Shown piece by piece: positions 1-11,891 of a DNA stretch of 63,937 nucleotides (its first letter is position 1; the number at the start of each line of letters is the position of its first letter). Where the stretch lies: positions 1 through 63,937 of the forward strand of contig JBEARP010000109.1 in assembly GCA_041163105.1 (NCBI GenBank), given 5' to 3'. The position numbers and the translations under genes are program-made. The notes under the pieces were generated by a model. It saw nothing but the letters and a program-made list of their open reading frames with translations, was not told where the DNA came from and ran no database searches. The DNA comes from Pseudomonadota bacterium. Lineage in GTDB: Bacteria; Pseudomonadota; Alphaproteobacteria; Rhizobiales; Aestuariivirgaceae.

Positions 1-930
1 CTTTCCTTCGACGATAACCGGTTGTTATCATTGCTCTGCGGCGAGCACGACGAAAACTTGGCGGTGCTTGAGCACCGCCTGGGTGTCGACATCACGCCAC
101 GCGGCAACCGACTTGCCGTGCGTGGAACTGATTCGGGGCGGAATGCGGCGCGGGATGTGCTGATGGCGCTCTACAACCGCGCGAGGCGGGGCCTCGATAT
201 CACCAAGGGCGAGGTCGAAGGGGCAATCCGCATGCGCGAAGCTCAGGAAACCAATGTGCCTGGTGGCGCCGTTCGCACGCGCCGCAAACTGGTGATGCCG
301 CGCACCCCTACGCAGGGCGCGTATATCGAGGCGATCCGCAAGCATGAACTTGTCTTCGGAATTGGCCCCGCGGGGACCGGCAAGACCTATCTCGCAGTGG
401 CCTGCGCGGCTGAGGCGCTGATGAATGGAGAGGTGGATCGTATCGTTCTATCCAGACCCGCCGTCGAGGCGGGCGAGCGCCTGGGGTTTCTCCCAGGCGA
501 TATGAAAGAGAAGGTCGATCCCTACCTCCGGCCGCTCTACGATGCGCTCTACGACATGATGCCGGCGAGCCTTGTCGCCAAGGGCATCGCCGAAAACCAG
601 ATAGAGATCGCGCCTCTCGCCTTCATGCGCGGCCGTACGCTCTCCTCCGCCTTCGTCATTCTCGACGAGGCGCAGAACACGACGCCGCAGCAGATGAAGA
701 TGTTCCTTACCCGCCTGGGGGAAGGAAGCCGAATGGTCGTGACCGGGGATCCCACGCAGGTTGACCTTCCCTCAGGCATTTCCTCCGGTCTGGCCGACGC
801 GGTGGCGGTGCTGAAGGGTGTCTCGGGCGTTGCATCGGTTGGCTTCAACAACGCCGACATCGTGCGTCATGCGCTGGTCGGCCGTATCGTGGCCGCTTAT
901 GACAAGCAGGCGCCCAAGCCGAAGAAATGA
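1..930 (+). CDS. phoH: PhoH-like ATPase (5' truncated by window edge)
   Basis: Frame open from base 1; Walker A GPAGTGKT, RPAVEAGERLGFLPG and DEAQN motifs; upstream of ybeY. Confidence 0.95.
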   Translation, partial: LSFDDNRLLSLLCGEHDENLAVLEHRLGVDITPRGNRLAVRGTDSGRNAARDVLMALYNRARRGLDITKGEVEGAIRMREAQETNVPGGAVRTRRKLVMPRTPTQGAYIEAIRKHELVFGIGPAGTGKTYLAVACAAEALMNGEVDRIVLSRPAVEAGERLGFLPGDMKEKVDPYLRPLYDALYDMMPASLVAKGIAENQIEIAPLAFMRGRTLSSAFVILDEAQNTTPQQMKMFLTRLGEGSRMVVTGDPTQVDLPSGISSGLADAVAVLKGVSGVASVGFNNADIVRHALVGRIVAAYDKQAPKPKK

Positions 931-1394
931 ATGTTTCCATCGAGGTTGAGGATCAGGTGTGGCTGGCGCTTTCCGGCCTTGAGACACATGCACGCGCCGC
1001 CGTCGAGGCAGCCTTGGCGGGGACGGATACCGACAACGAAGATTGTGACGTAGCCGTGCTCTTCACAGGTGACGATGCGATTGCCGCCATCAACGCCGAG
1101 TGGCGTGGACAGGGCAAGCCGACCAACGTTCTGTCATTTCCCACTCCGGCAGAATTGCCCGTACCCCAGGGCGAGGCCCGCCCGCTGGGCGACATCGTGC
1201 TGGCCCATGGGGTGATTGCTCGTGAGGCAATTGAGCAGGGCAAAACATTGCGTGACCACACGGTCCACCTTATTGTTCATGGCACGTTGCATCTCCTGGG
1301 TTTTGACCACGAAACTGACGACGACGCCCAGGAGATGGAAGCGCTCGAAACGAGCATCCTGAAAGGCCTCGGTATTTCCGACCCCTATGAGTGA
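927..1394 (+). CDS. ybeY: rRNA maturation endoribonuclease YbeY
   Basis: PTNVLSFP and HGTLHLLGFDH zinc motif; ATGA overlap with phoH. Confidence 0.96.
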   Translation: MNVSIEVEDQVWLALSGLETHARAAVEAALAGTDTDNEDCDVAVLFTGDDAIAAINAEWRGQGKPTNVLSFPTPAELPVPQGEARPLGDIVLAHGVIAREAIEQGKTLRDHTVHLIVHGTLHLLGFDHETDDDAQEMEALETSILKGLGISDPYE

Positions 1395-2418
1395 TACTGA
1401 CAATACGAACGGGATCTTACCCTCTGAAGCAGCCCGCGAGAGCCTCTGGCAGCGCCTCAGAAGTCGCTTCGGCCGCGCCAGGGACGTAGGCCTGCGCGAA
1501 AGCCTCGAAGGCGCCATCGAGAGCCACGAAGCGCAGAACCCCGGCGAGACGGTTGGCGAGGAAGCAAAATCGATGATGCTCAACATCATCGAGTTTTCAG
1601 GGCTTCGGGTTGATGACGTCATGGTGCCGCGCGTCGATATCGTTGCGGTGGATGAGGCTGACAGCATGCAGGAATTGCTGGCCAAGTTCATCGATGCCAA
1701 TCACTCGCGCATGCCCGTCTATCGTGAAACGCTGGACGGCATTACGGGCATGATCCACGTGAAGGACTTCCTGCGCTGGATGGCGGCGCGCGGCACGCGC
1801 AAGCGCCGCGCTGCAAAGTCCGAAAAACCGGAGAAGAGCGAGAAGATCGAGAAGGGGCCGCCGCCAGGGCTGAGCATTGCCGCAACGGCGCTGTCAACTA
1901 CGGTCAAGCAAGCAGGGCTCAATCGCGAGGTCCTGTTCGTACCTCCCTCGATGCCGGCTACCGACCTGCTGGTGCGCATGCAGGCAAGCCGCACCCACTT
2001 GGCCATTGTCATCGACGAATATGGGGGCACCGAAGGTCTCGTTTCCATCGAAGACCTCGTCGAGGTCATCGTCGGTGACATCGCTGACGAGCACGACACG
2101 GAAGAAGACCTGGAGATCAAGCCGGTGGAACATGGGGTCCATCTGGCGGACGGGCGCGTCGACCTGGCACAGTTGGAGGCGCTTCTTGGCGTCGACCTGC
2201 TTCCCGAGGATGAGGAGGAGGAGGCCGACACACTCGCCGGCCTGATCTTCAAGATTGCGGGCCGGGTTCCTGCACGCGGTGAAATCATCCGCCACGAAAG
2301 CGGGCTCGAATTCGAAATCCTCGATTCCGATCCCAGGCGCGTGAAGCGGGTACGGATCAATGCCCGAAATGTGAGCACGTCCAACTCGGAGGCCGCTGCG
2401 GACAGCTCTTCGGGCTAG
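1387..2418 (+). CDS. corC: CBS-domain hemolysin/CorC (TlyC) family protein
   Basis: VMVPR, HSRMPVY, DEYGGTEGLVSIEDL motifs and C-terminal CorC_HlyC domain; phoH-ybeY-corC synteny. Confidence 0.9.
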   Translation: MSDTDNTNGILPSEAARESLWQRLRSRFGRARDVGLRESLEGAIESHEAQNPGETVGEEAKSMMLNIIEFSGLRVDDVMVPRVDIVAVDEADSMQELLAKFIDANHSRMPVYRETLDGITGMIHVKDFLRWMAARGTRKRRAAKSEKPEKSEKIEKGPPPGLSIAATALSTTVKQAGLNREVLFVPPSMPATDLLVRMQASRTHLAIVIDEYGGTEGLVSIEDLVEVIVGDIADEHDTEEDLEIKPVEHGVHLADGRVDLAQLEALLGVDLLPEDEEEEADTLAGLIFKIAGRVPARGEIIRHESGLEFEILDSDPRRVKRVRINARNVSTSNSEAAADSSSG

Positions 2419-2479
2419 CGCAAAGTTTTTGACGGAATTTGCAACCTCCTATAACGTCAAGTTCAGGAAGGGGGTGAAT

Positions 2480-4012
2480 ATGACGTCACGGGCGGCCACG
2501 ATTGCATTTCAGGGCATAGAGGCAGTGCCGGTGGATGTTCAGGCACAGTTCCTGTCTGGCATGGTGGCCTTCAACGTGGTCGGGCTCGGTGACAAGGCGG
2601 TCGCCGAAAGCCGGGAACGGGTCCGGGCCGCACTTCATGCCATCGGGCTCGCATTGCCCGGCAAGCGACTGGTGGTCAACCTGTCGCCCGCCGACCTGCC
2701 GAAGGAAGGAAGCCACTACGACCTGCCGATCACGCTGGCCGTGCTGGCCGCGCTCGGCATCATTCCGCAGGACTTCCTGAACCGTTACGTGGCGATGGGG
2801 GAGCTCGCCCTCGACGGGGCGCTCATGGCCGTTTCCGGCGTTCTTCCAGCAGCGATTGGCGCGAATGCACGCGACATGGGGCTGATTTGCCCAAAGATGT
2901 CAGGGCCGGAAGCCGCCTGGGCGGCAGAAGATGCCGACATACTTGCACCCGAGAACCTGATCCAGCTGATCAACCACGTGCGCGGCACGCAGGTGCTGAC
3001 ACGGCCAAAACCGGCAGTCGCCATGGAGACCGAAGGACTGCCCGACCTCAAGGACATCAAGGGACAGGAAACCGGAAAGCGGGCGCTGGAGGTGGCCGCC
3101 GCCGGCGGGCACCACTTCCTCATGGTAGGCCCGCCGGGCGCAGGCAAGTCGATGCTGGCCCAGCGTCTGCCCTCCATCCTGCCGCCCATGGATTCGCGCG
3201 AGATGCTGGATGTCAGTATGGTCGCGTCGTTGGCGGGCGAATTGTCCAATGGGCAGCTGTCGCGCCGCCGCCCGTTCCGCGCCCCACATCACTCAGCCTC
3301 GATGCCAGCGCTTGTCGGCGGCGGACTGCGCGCCAAGCCGGGCGAAATGGCGCTCGCACACCACGGCGTGCTTTTCCTGGACGAATTGCCCGAATTCCAG
3401 CCTCGGGTTCTCGAATCCCTGCGCCAGCCGATGGAAACAGGTCAGACCGCAGTGGCGCGTGCCAATTATCACGTGACATACCCCGCCCGCTTCCAGCTCG
3501 TTGCGGCGATGAACCCCTGCAAGTGCGGTTTTGCGGGGCAGCCTGGCCACGTGTGCCGCCACGGGCCGCGTTGCGCCACGGACTACCAGGCGCGCATCTC
3601 GGGCCCACTGCTTGACCGTATGGACATCCAGGTCGAGCTTGCCGCCGTAAAGCCATCAGACCTGAGCTTGCCGCCGCCCAAGGAGGCAAGCAACGATGTG
3701 GCCGTTCGCGTGCTCGCTGCACGTCAAAAGCAGGCGCAGCGCTTCACCGCCTTCGGCAAGCCTGAACTGCGCCGAAATGCCGAGGCTGATGGAGCGCTAC
3801 TGGAGGAGATCGCCCGGCCCGATGCCCAGGGCCTGACGCTGCTGCGTGAAGCGTCGGACATTATGAAGCTTTCGGCCCGCGGATATCACCGGGTCTTGCG
3901 GGTCGCCCGCACGATCGCTGATCTCGACCGCCACGAACAGGTGGCACGCATTCACATCGCTGAGGCGTTGAGCTACCGGCAAAAACTATCAGCCTTCGTT
4001 GCTGCCGTCTGA
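2480..4012 (+). CDS. comM: YifB/ComM Mg-chelatase-like AAA+ ATPase (competence helicase)
   Basis: NLSPADLPKEGSHYDLP, GPPGAGKS, PFRAPHH, FLDELPEF, NPCKCG; ATG 2480 follows GGGGTG. Confidence 0.93.
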   Translation: MTSRAATIAFQGIEAVPVDVQAQFLSGMVAFNVVGLGDKAVAESRERVRAALHAIGLALPGKRLVVNLSPADLPKEGSHYDLPITLAVLAALGIIPQDFLNRYVAMGELALDGALMAVSGVLPAAIGANARDMGLICPKMSGPEAAWAAEDADILAPENLIQLINHVRGTQVLTRPKPAVAMETEGLPDLKDIKGQETGKRALEVAAAGGHHFLMVGPPGAGKSMLAQRLPSILPPMDSREMLDVSMVASLAGELSNGQLSRRRPFRAPHHSASMPALVGGGLRAKPGEMALAHHGVLFLDELPEFQPRVLESLRQPMETGQTAVARANYHVTYPARFQLVAAMNPCKCGFAGQPGHVCRHGPRCATDYQARISGPLLDRMDIQVELAAVKPSDLSLPPPKEASNDVAVRVLAARQKQAQRFTAFGKPELRRNAEADGALLEEIARPDAQGLTLLREASDIMKLSARGYHRVLRVARTIADLDRHEQVARIHIAEALSYRQKLSAFVAAV

Positions 4013-4027
4013 CCGGCCGTTAACGCT

Positions 4028-5923
<1,896 letters not shown>

Positions 5924-6027
5924 GGGCGTTTACGGTAGTTTCTTCTGCCCGCTGTCTGTGGCACACATTCCATGAGGAGTGACAAAAGCTGCTGCGATCG
6001 CCAAACATCAGTGCAGAAAAGGGTGAC

Positions 6028-6804
6028 TTGCTTCTGCGCCTTGCAGTGAGCCCTCGTGAGGTTGCTGCATGTCAGCGGCTTCGCTATCAGGTGTTCTACG
6101 AGGAACTCGGGGCCACGCCTGTTGGTGACATGGGTGAACGGGGCATGGACGGCGACCGCTTCGACGACATTTGCGATCACCTCGTCGTGGTCCGGCGCGA
6201 GAGCGGGGTTGAGGCCGGCGCGATACACCTGGCGGATGGCGCACTGATCGGCACATATCGCCTGTTGCGCCAGGAAGTGGCTGAAGCACACGGCGGATTC
6301 TATACGCAAGGCGAGTTCGACGTGGCTCCACTGATTGCGGCACACAAACAACTTCGCTTTCTCGAGCTTGGGCGATCTTGCGTGCTGAAGCCCTTTCGTA
6401 CCAAGCCGGTGGTAGAACTGCTGTGGCAGGGCATCTGGAACTATGTACGCGCCCACGACATGCATGTGATGCTGGGGTGTGCGAGCCTGGAGGGTACCGA
6501 TCCGGATGACCATGCCCAATCCCTGAGTTTTCTTGCAGAGTCTGCAGCGCCTCCGGAATGGAGCGTCCATGCGTTGCCGGATCATCGCATCGAAATGCAG
6601 CGCATACCGCGCCAACAAATAGATCCCACGCAGGCGCTCAAGAAGCTGCCACCGCTCATCAAGGGCTATCTGCGGCTCGGGTGCTACATCGGCAATGGCG
6701 CAGTGGTCGACCGGCAATTCAATACGATTGACGTCCTTATCATTCTGCCCGTGTCAGCCATAAATCCGCGCTACTTCGCGCATTTCGGTTCGCCTAGCGG
6801 TTGA
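6028..6804 (+). CDS. olsB: GNAT N-acyltransferase, OlsB (ornithine lipid synthesis) family; start may be CTG 5989
   Basis: QRLRYQVFYEE, DRFDDICDHL, GTYRLL, LELGRSCV, GCASL, PPLIKGYLRLG. Confidence 0.8.
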   Translation: MLLRLAVSPREVAACQRLRYQVFYEELGATPVGDMGERGMDGDRFDDICDHLVVVRRESGVEAGAIHLADGALIGTYRLLRQEVAEAHGGFYTQGEFDVAPLIAAHKQLRFLELGRSCVLKPFRTKPVVELLWQGIWNYVRAHDMHVMLGCASLEGTDPDDHAQSLSFLAESAAPPEWSVHALPDHRIEMQRIPRQQIDPTQALKKLPPLIKGYLRLGCYIGNGAVVDRQFNTIDVLIILPVSAINPRYFAHFGSPSG

Positions 6805-9064
6805 TGTCGTACGCAGCGATGGCTGCGAGATTGAGAATTTCCGATGTTGTCGCCGACATCGCAGCAATCTGCACCGGACGGTCAAGCCCGGTGAGCAATG
6901 GACCCACAACGGTCACGCCCCCGAGTTGCTGGAGCATCTTGGTCGAGATCGAGGCCGAATGTGCTGCAGGCATGACCAGCACATTGGCCGGGCCAGTCAA
7001 GCGGCAGAAGGGATAGAGCGCCATGGCCTCACGGGACAGCGCGACGTCAGCCGCCATTTCACCATCATACTCGAAGTCGACATTGCGGCGGTCGAGTACC
7101 GACACGGCATCCCTCACATAGGCTGCCCGCTCACCCCGAGGATACCCGAACGTGGAGTAGGATAGGAAGGCGACACGCGGTTCATAACCGAAGCGGCGCG
7201 CGACACCAGCAGCCTCCTGGGCAATGTCAGCGAGTTCTTCTGGCGAGGGAAGCTCATGGATGGACGTGTCTGCAATAAATACCGTCCGCCCACGGACAAG
7301 TGCCATGGAAACACCGATAGGCCTATGTCCGGGGCGATTGTCGATGGCTTGACGCACATTGTCGAGCGCGACGGAGAAGTTGCGGGTGAGGCCTGTCACC
7401 ATCGCATCGGCATCGCCCATGGCGACCATGCAGGCTGCAAAGACGTTGCGATCCTGATTGACCATGCGCTGACAGTCACGCAGCAGGAAGCCATTGCGCT
7501 GAAGGCGTTCATAAAGGAAGTTCGCGTAGTCAATATTGCGCTCGGAGACGCGGGCGTTCGAAACCGCGACATTCTCATTGAGTTCCAAGCCGCTGCTCGC
7601 CATCGTTTCCTGGATCTGCGCCTCGCGCCCGATCAGTATGGCGCGACCGAGGCCGGCGCTGGCATAGCTGTTGGCGGCGCGGATCATGCGGTCTTCCTCG
7701 CCTTCTGCAAACACAACACGCTTCGGCGCCACACGCACCTTGCCGAACACGCTCTGCAGCGTGCCGGCAATGGGATCGAGTCGGGCGGAAAGTGACTGCT
7801 TGTATTCATCGAGATCAGCGATGTGCCGACGCGCAACGCCACTCTCCATGGCCGCTTTGGCAACCGCCACTGGAATGGTCGAGATCAGTCGCGGATCAAA
7901 GGGCACCGGAATGAGATACTCGCGACCAAAGGAGGGACGGGGCCCATGGTAAGCGGCGGCAACCTCGTCTGGCACGTCCTCCCGCGCCAGGCCCGCCAGG
8001 GCGTGGGCTGCAGCGATTTTCATCTCGTCATTGATGGTGCGAGCACGCACATCCAGCGCTCCGCGGAAGATATATGGAAAGCCGAGAACATTGTTGATCT
8101 GGTTGGGATAATCGGATCGGCCAGTGGCCATGATCGCGTCCTGACGAACCTTCAGAACATCCTCGGGCGTGATCTCCGGATCGGGATTGGCCATCGCAAA
8201 GATGATGGGGTTGGCAGCCATGCTCTTCACCATGGCCGGCGTCAGCGCGCCGGCAACCGAGAGGCCGAAGAAGACGTCAGCACCGTCCATCGCATCGGCC
8301 AGCGAGCGGGCCTTGGTCTCGACCGCGTGGGCCGATTTCCATTGGTTCATGCCCTCAGTCCGGCCCTTGAAGACAACGCCTTTCGAGTCTGCCAGGGTAA
8401 CATTCGCGTTCGGCACGCCAAGCGACTTGATGAGTTCGACACAGGCAATGGCGGCGGCACCTGCGCCGTTGCAGACGATCTTCGCAGTCTTGAGGTCGCG
8501 GTTCGTCAAGTGCAACGCGTTGATGAGACCGGCTGTGGCAATGATTGCAGTACCATGCTGGTCGTCGTGAAAGACAGGAATATCCATCATCTCGCGCAGG
8601 CGTTGTTCGATGATGAAGCAGTCAGGTGCCTTGATGTCTTCGAGATTGATGCCGCCGAAGGAGGGGCCGAGATAACGGACGGCGTTGATGAACTGTTCGA
8701 CGTCCTTGGTATCAACCTCGAGGTCGATCGAATCGACATCAGCGAAGCGCTTGAACAGGACGGCCTTGCCCTCCATGACCGGCTTGGATGCCAACGCGCC
8801 AAGGTCTCCGAGGCCCAGGATCGCGGTGCCGTTGGAAATGACAGCCACAAGGTTTCCCTTTGCGGTGTAATCGTATGCTGTCTCCGGGTCCTCGGCAATG
8901 CGGCGAACCGGGGCGGCCACGCCCGGACTGTAGGCCAGCGACAGATCTCGTTGCGTGGCCATCGGCTTGGTAGGCGTGATTTCCAGCTTGCCGGGCTTGC
9001 CGCGCTGGTGGAACTGCAGCGCCTCCTCATCGGTGATTGTCGGACGGCGTGGCTTCTGTTCCAT
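6794..9064 (-). CDS. maeB: NADP-dependent malic enzyme with phosphotransacetylase-like C-terminal domain
   Basis: [42 protein letters not shown] domain DGEMAAD. Confidence 0.96.
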   Translation of the reverse strand: MEQKPRRPTITDEEALQFHQRGKPGKLEITPTKPMATQRDLSLAYSPGVAAPVRRIAEDPETAYDYTAKGNLVAVISNGTAILGLGDLGALASKPVMEGKAVLFKRFADVDSIDLEVDTKDVEQFINAVRYLGPSFGGINLEDIKAPDCFIIEQRLREMMDIPVFHDDQHGTAIIATAGLINALHLTNRDLKTAKIVCNGAGAAAIACVELIKSLGVPNANVTLADSKGVVFKGRTEGMNQWKSAHAVETKARSLADAMDGADVFFGLSVAGALTPAMVKSMAANPIIFAMANPDPEITPEDVLKVRQDAIMATGRSDYPNQINNVLGFPYIFRGALDVRARTINDEMKIAAAHALAGLAREDVPDEVAAAYHGPRPSFGREYLIPVPFDPRLISTIPVAVAKAAMESGVARRHIADLDEYKQSLSARLDPIAGTLQSVFGKVRVAPKRVVFAEGEEDRMIRAANSYASAGLGRAILIGREAQIQETMASSGLELNENVAVSNARVSERNIDYANFLYERLQRNGFLLRDCQRMVNQDRNVFAACMVAMGDADAMVTGLTRNFSVALDNVRQAIDNRPGHRPIGVSMALVRGRTVFIADTSIHELPSPEELADIAQEAAGVARRFGYEPRVAFLSYSTFGYPRGERAAYVRDAVSVLDRRNVDFEYDGEMAADVALSREAMALYPFCRLTGPANVLVMPAAHSASISTKMLQQLGGVTVVGPLLTGLDRPVQIAAMSATTSEILNLAAIAAYDINR

Positions 9065-9176
9065 GTCTTTGCCTCACAAACAACTCTTAAGTCCCAGGTC
9101 GACAGACTAGAGAGCCCGGGAGGGACACTCAAGCGTTCCGAAATCGACGCTTGTACCTCTTTGGTCGATTCCTGCT

Positions 9177-11891
9177 ATGGAAGGCGCCGTGACCGAGATA
9201 GACCATATGGGCGAAGGAGCGGGGGAGGAGGCCTCCAGCCGCGCAACGCCCGTCATGGCACAATTCCTGGTGCTCAAGCAGGCCAATCCAGGCAGTTTGC
9301 TGTTCTTCAGGATGGGCGATTTCTACGAGCTTTTCTTCGAGGATGCCGAAATTGCCTCGAATGCGCTCGGGATTACGCTGACCAAGCGCGGCAAGCACCA
9401 GGGCGAGGATATCCCGATGTGCGGGGTGCCCGTTCATGCGGCAGACGCCTATTTGCAGAAGCTGATCCGCATGGGGCACCGGGTTGCCGTCTGCGAGCAG
9501 CTGGAGGACCCGGCGGAGGCCCGGAAGCGGGGCTCCAAGTCAGTGGTGAAGCGCGACGTCGTCCGTCTCCTCACGCCGGGCACGCTGACCGAGGATAATC
9601 TCCTCGAGTCCCGAAGCCATAATTTTCTGGTGAGCCTTTCACGAAGCAAGGCCACCGGCGAAATGGCCATCGCATGGGCAGACATCAGCTCCGGCGAACT
9701 GGCTGTGATGCAGACCGACCCCTCACGCATGCCCGCTGACCTGACGCGGCTCGACCCCCGCGAGATCATCGCCGCTGATGGTCTGCTGGCCGATCCAGAG
9801 TTCGCCATGCTTCTCGAGCGGGCAGGAACACCTGTGACTCCTCTCCCTTCCGTGCGCTTCGATTCACTTGCCGCGGAGCGTCGCCTGAAGGAGCATTTTG
9901 ACGTCAAGGCGCTGGAGGGATTCGGCGGCTTCTCCCGGGCGGAGGTGTCGGCCTTGGGTGGTCTGCTTGAGTACATCATGATCACCCAGGCTGGAAAGCT
10001 GCCACATCTGCGCCCGCCCCGGCGCGAGGTGGCAAGCTCGGTGCTGCTGATCGATCCTGCGACTCGCGCCAATCTGGAGCTTACACGCACGCTGACGGGG
10101 GATCGCCGCGGCAGTCTTCTCTCGGTGATCGATCTTGCCGTCACTGCGGCTGGCTCGCGTTGCATCGCTTCCCGGTTGTCGAACCCGTTGTGTGACCCCT
10201 ATGCCATCGCCAACCGGCTTGACGATGTCGCACATTTTGTTGCCGACCCCCTGCTGCGCGAGGACGTTCGCAAACTGCTGGTTTCCCTGCCGGACCTCGA
10301 ACGCGCCCTGGGCCGGATCGTCATTGCCCGCGGTGGCCCCCGCGATCTCGCCAGTATCAGGGACGGTCTGATGATTGCCGGTCACCTCGCGCACAGGCTT
10401 GGCGCCAGCGCCACCATCAGCGGCCTGCCGGACAACCTCAATTCGATCAGTGAAACGCTCAGCTGGAGCGATCTCGATCTCGCGCGTGAACTTGACAGCG
10501 CACTCGGCAGTGAACTTCCTGCTTTTGCGCGCGACGGCGGTTTCGTGAAGCATGGCTACTCCTCAGACCTCGATGAGAATCGCTTGCTGCGCGATGAGAC
10601 GCGTCATGTGATTGCTGGTCTTCAATCTCGCTACGGTGAGATGTCAGGGGTCAAGTCACTAAAGGTGAAGCACAACAACGTGCTGGGATATTTCATCGAG
10701 GTGCCCGCCGCTGCTGCTGTGACACTTCAAGCACCAGACAAGGCGGGACTGTTCATCCACCGGCAGACCGTGGCGAGCGCCATGCGGTTCGTCACCACCG
10801 AACTTGCCTCACTGGATCAACGCATTGCGGCGGCGGCCGAGAAGGCACTGGCGCTTGAGCAGGAAATCTTTGTCGCGCTGTGTGCCCGCGTTACGGCGCG
10901 ACGCGATCTTCTCTCGAGGATAGCCGAAGCAGCGGCAAAACTGGATGCCTCAGCAGGCTTGGCTGAAGTTGCAGAGCGGCGGCGGTATGTCCGCCCGCGA
11001 GTCGATGGTTCGACACGCTTCACGGTAAGGGGCGGGCGGCACCCGGTAGTGGAATCTGCGTTGCAGGATCAGGCGTCAGGCTCCTTCGTCGCCAATGACT
11101 GTGAGATTTCAGGCGAGGGCAAGCGCCTGTGTCTGCTCACCGGCCCCAACATGGCTGGCAAGTCCACCTATCTTCGCCAGAACGCCTTGATCGTCATACT
11201 CGCCCAGATGGGCTCCTTCGTGCCGGCCACGGAAGCCTGCTTCGGCGCTGTGGACCGGCTGTTCAGCCGGGTGGGTGCTGCTGATGACCTGGCGCGCGGC
11301 CGCTCCACATTCATGGTGGAAATGGTTGAAACCGCAGCGATCCTGAACCAGGCTACAGACAACTCCTTTGTCATTCTCGACGAGATTGGCAGGGGCACGG
11401 CAACATACGATGGCCTTTCCATTGCTTGGGCCACGCTTGAGCATCTCCACGGCGTCAACAAGTGCCGTGCACTTTTTGCCACTCATTATCATGAACTCAC
11501 GCAATTGGCCTCAAGGCTGCCCCATCTCGCAAATGCTACGATGAAGGTAAAGGAATGGGATGATCAAATCATCTTCCTGCATGAGGTGATCGCCGGGGTT
11601 GCCGACCGATCCTACGGCATTCACGTAGCCAAGATCGCCGGGTTGCCGCAAGCCGTCATCAGCCGGGCGCAGACGGTGCTGGAACGGCTGGAACGTGAAG
11701 GCTCCAAGGCACCCGCCGCGGGCCTTGCCGACGAACTTCCCCTGTTTGCAGCGTCGATGCCTGCAGTCCCGCCACGTGAAAGCGCGATTGAAAGCAAGCT
11801 CACCCAAGTTATCGCCGACGAATTGTCGCCGCGCGAGGCCCTTGCCCTCGTGTATGAACTCAAGGGCTTGTTAGGAGCCCGGAAGCCGTGA
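9177..11891 (+). CDS. mutS: DNA mismatch repair protein MutS
   Basis: FRMGDFYELF, TGPNMAGKST, STFMVEM, DEIGRGT, SYGIHVA. Confidence 0.98.
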   Translation: MEGAVTEIDHMGEGAGEEASSRATPVMAQFLVLKQANPGSLLFFRMGDFYELFFEDAEIASNALGITLTKRGKHQGEDIPMCGVPVHAADAYLQKLIRMGHRVAVCEQLEDPAEARKRGSKSVVKRDVVRLLTPGTLTEDNLLESRSHNFLVSLSRSKATGEMAIAWADISSGELAVMQTDPSRMPADLTRLDPREIIAADGLLADPEFAMLLERAGTPVTPLPSVRFDSLAAERRLKEHFDVKALEGFGGFSRAEVSALGGLLEYIMITQAGKLPHLRPPRREVASSVLLIDPATRANLELTRTLTGDRRGSLLSVIDLAVTAAGSRCIASRLSNPLCDPYAIANRLDDVAHFVADPLLREDVRKLLVSLPDLERALGRIVIARGGPRDLASIRDGLMIAGHLAHRLGASATISGLPDNLNSISETLSWSDLDLARELDSALGSELPAFARDGGFVKHGYSSDLDENRLLRDETRHVIAGLQSRYGEMSGVKSLKVKHNNVLGYFIEVPAAAAVTLQAPDKAGLFIHRQTVASAMRFVTTELASLDQRIAAAAEKALALEQEIFVALCARVTARRDLLSRIAEAAAKLDASAGLAEVAERRRYVRPRVDGSTRFTVRGGRHPVVESALQDQASGSFVANDCEISGEGKRLCLLTGPNMAGKSTYLRQNALIVILAQMGSFVPATEACFGAVDRLFSRVGAADDLARGRSTFMVEMVETAAILNQATDNSFVILDEIGRGTATYDGLSIAWATLEHLHGVNKCRALFATHYHELTQLASRLPHLANATMKVKEWDDQIIFLHEVIAGVADRSYGIHVAKIAGLPQAVISRAQTVLERLEREGSKAPAAGLADELPLFAASMPAVPPRESAIESKLTQVIADELSPREALALVYELKGLLGARKP

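Noticed and set aside
1753-1768. parS-like TGATCCACGTGAAGGA in corC
   Set aside because: Three mismatches, about 45 kb from the parS cluster, explained by conserved IHVKD codons
1795-1870. Basic low-complexity insert in CorC (KSEKPEKSEKIEK)
   Set aside because: Variable linker between CBS domains; imperfect at DNA level, no evidence of separate function
7823-9598. 591-aa ORF antisense to maeB (and similar long antisense ORFs opposite purH, htpX, cobW, ubiB, mnmG)
   Set aside because: Shadow ORFs expected from GC-rich codon bias; no recognisable motifs
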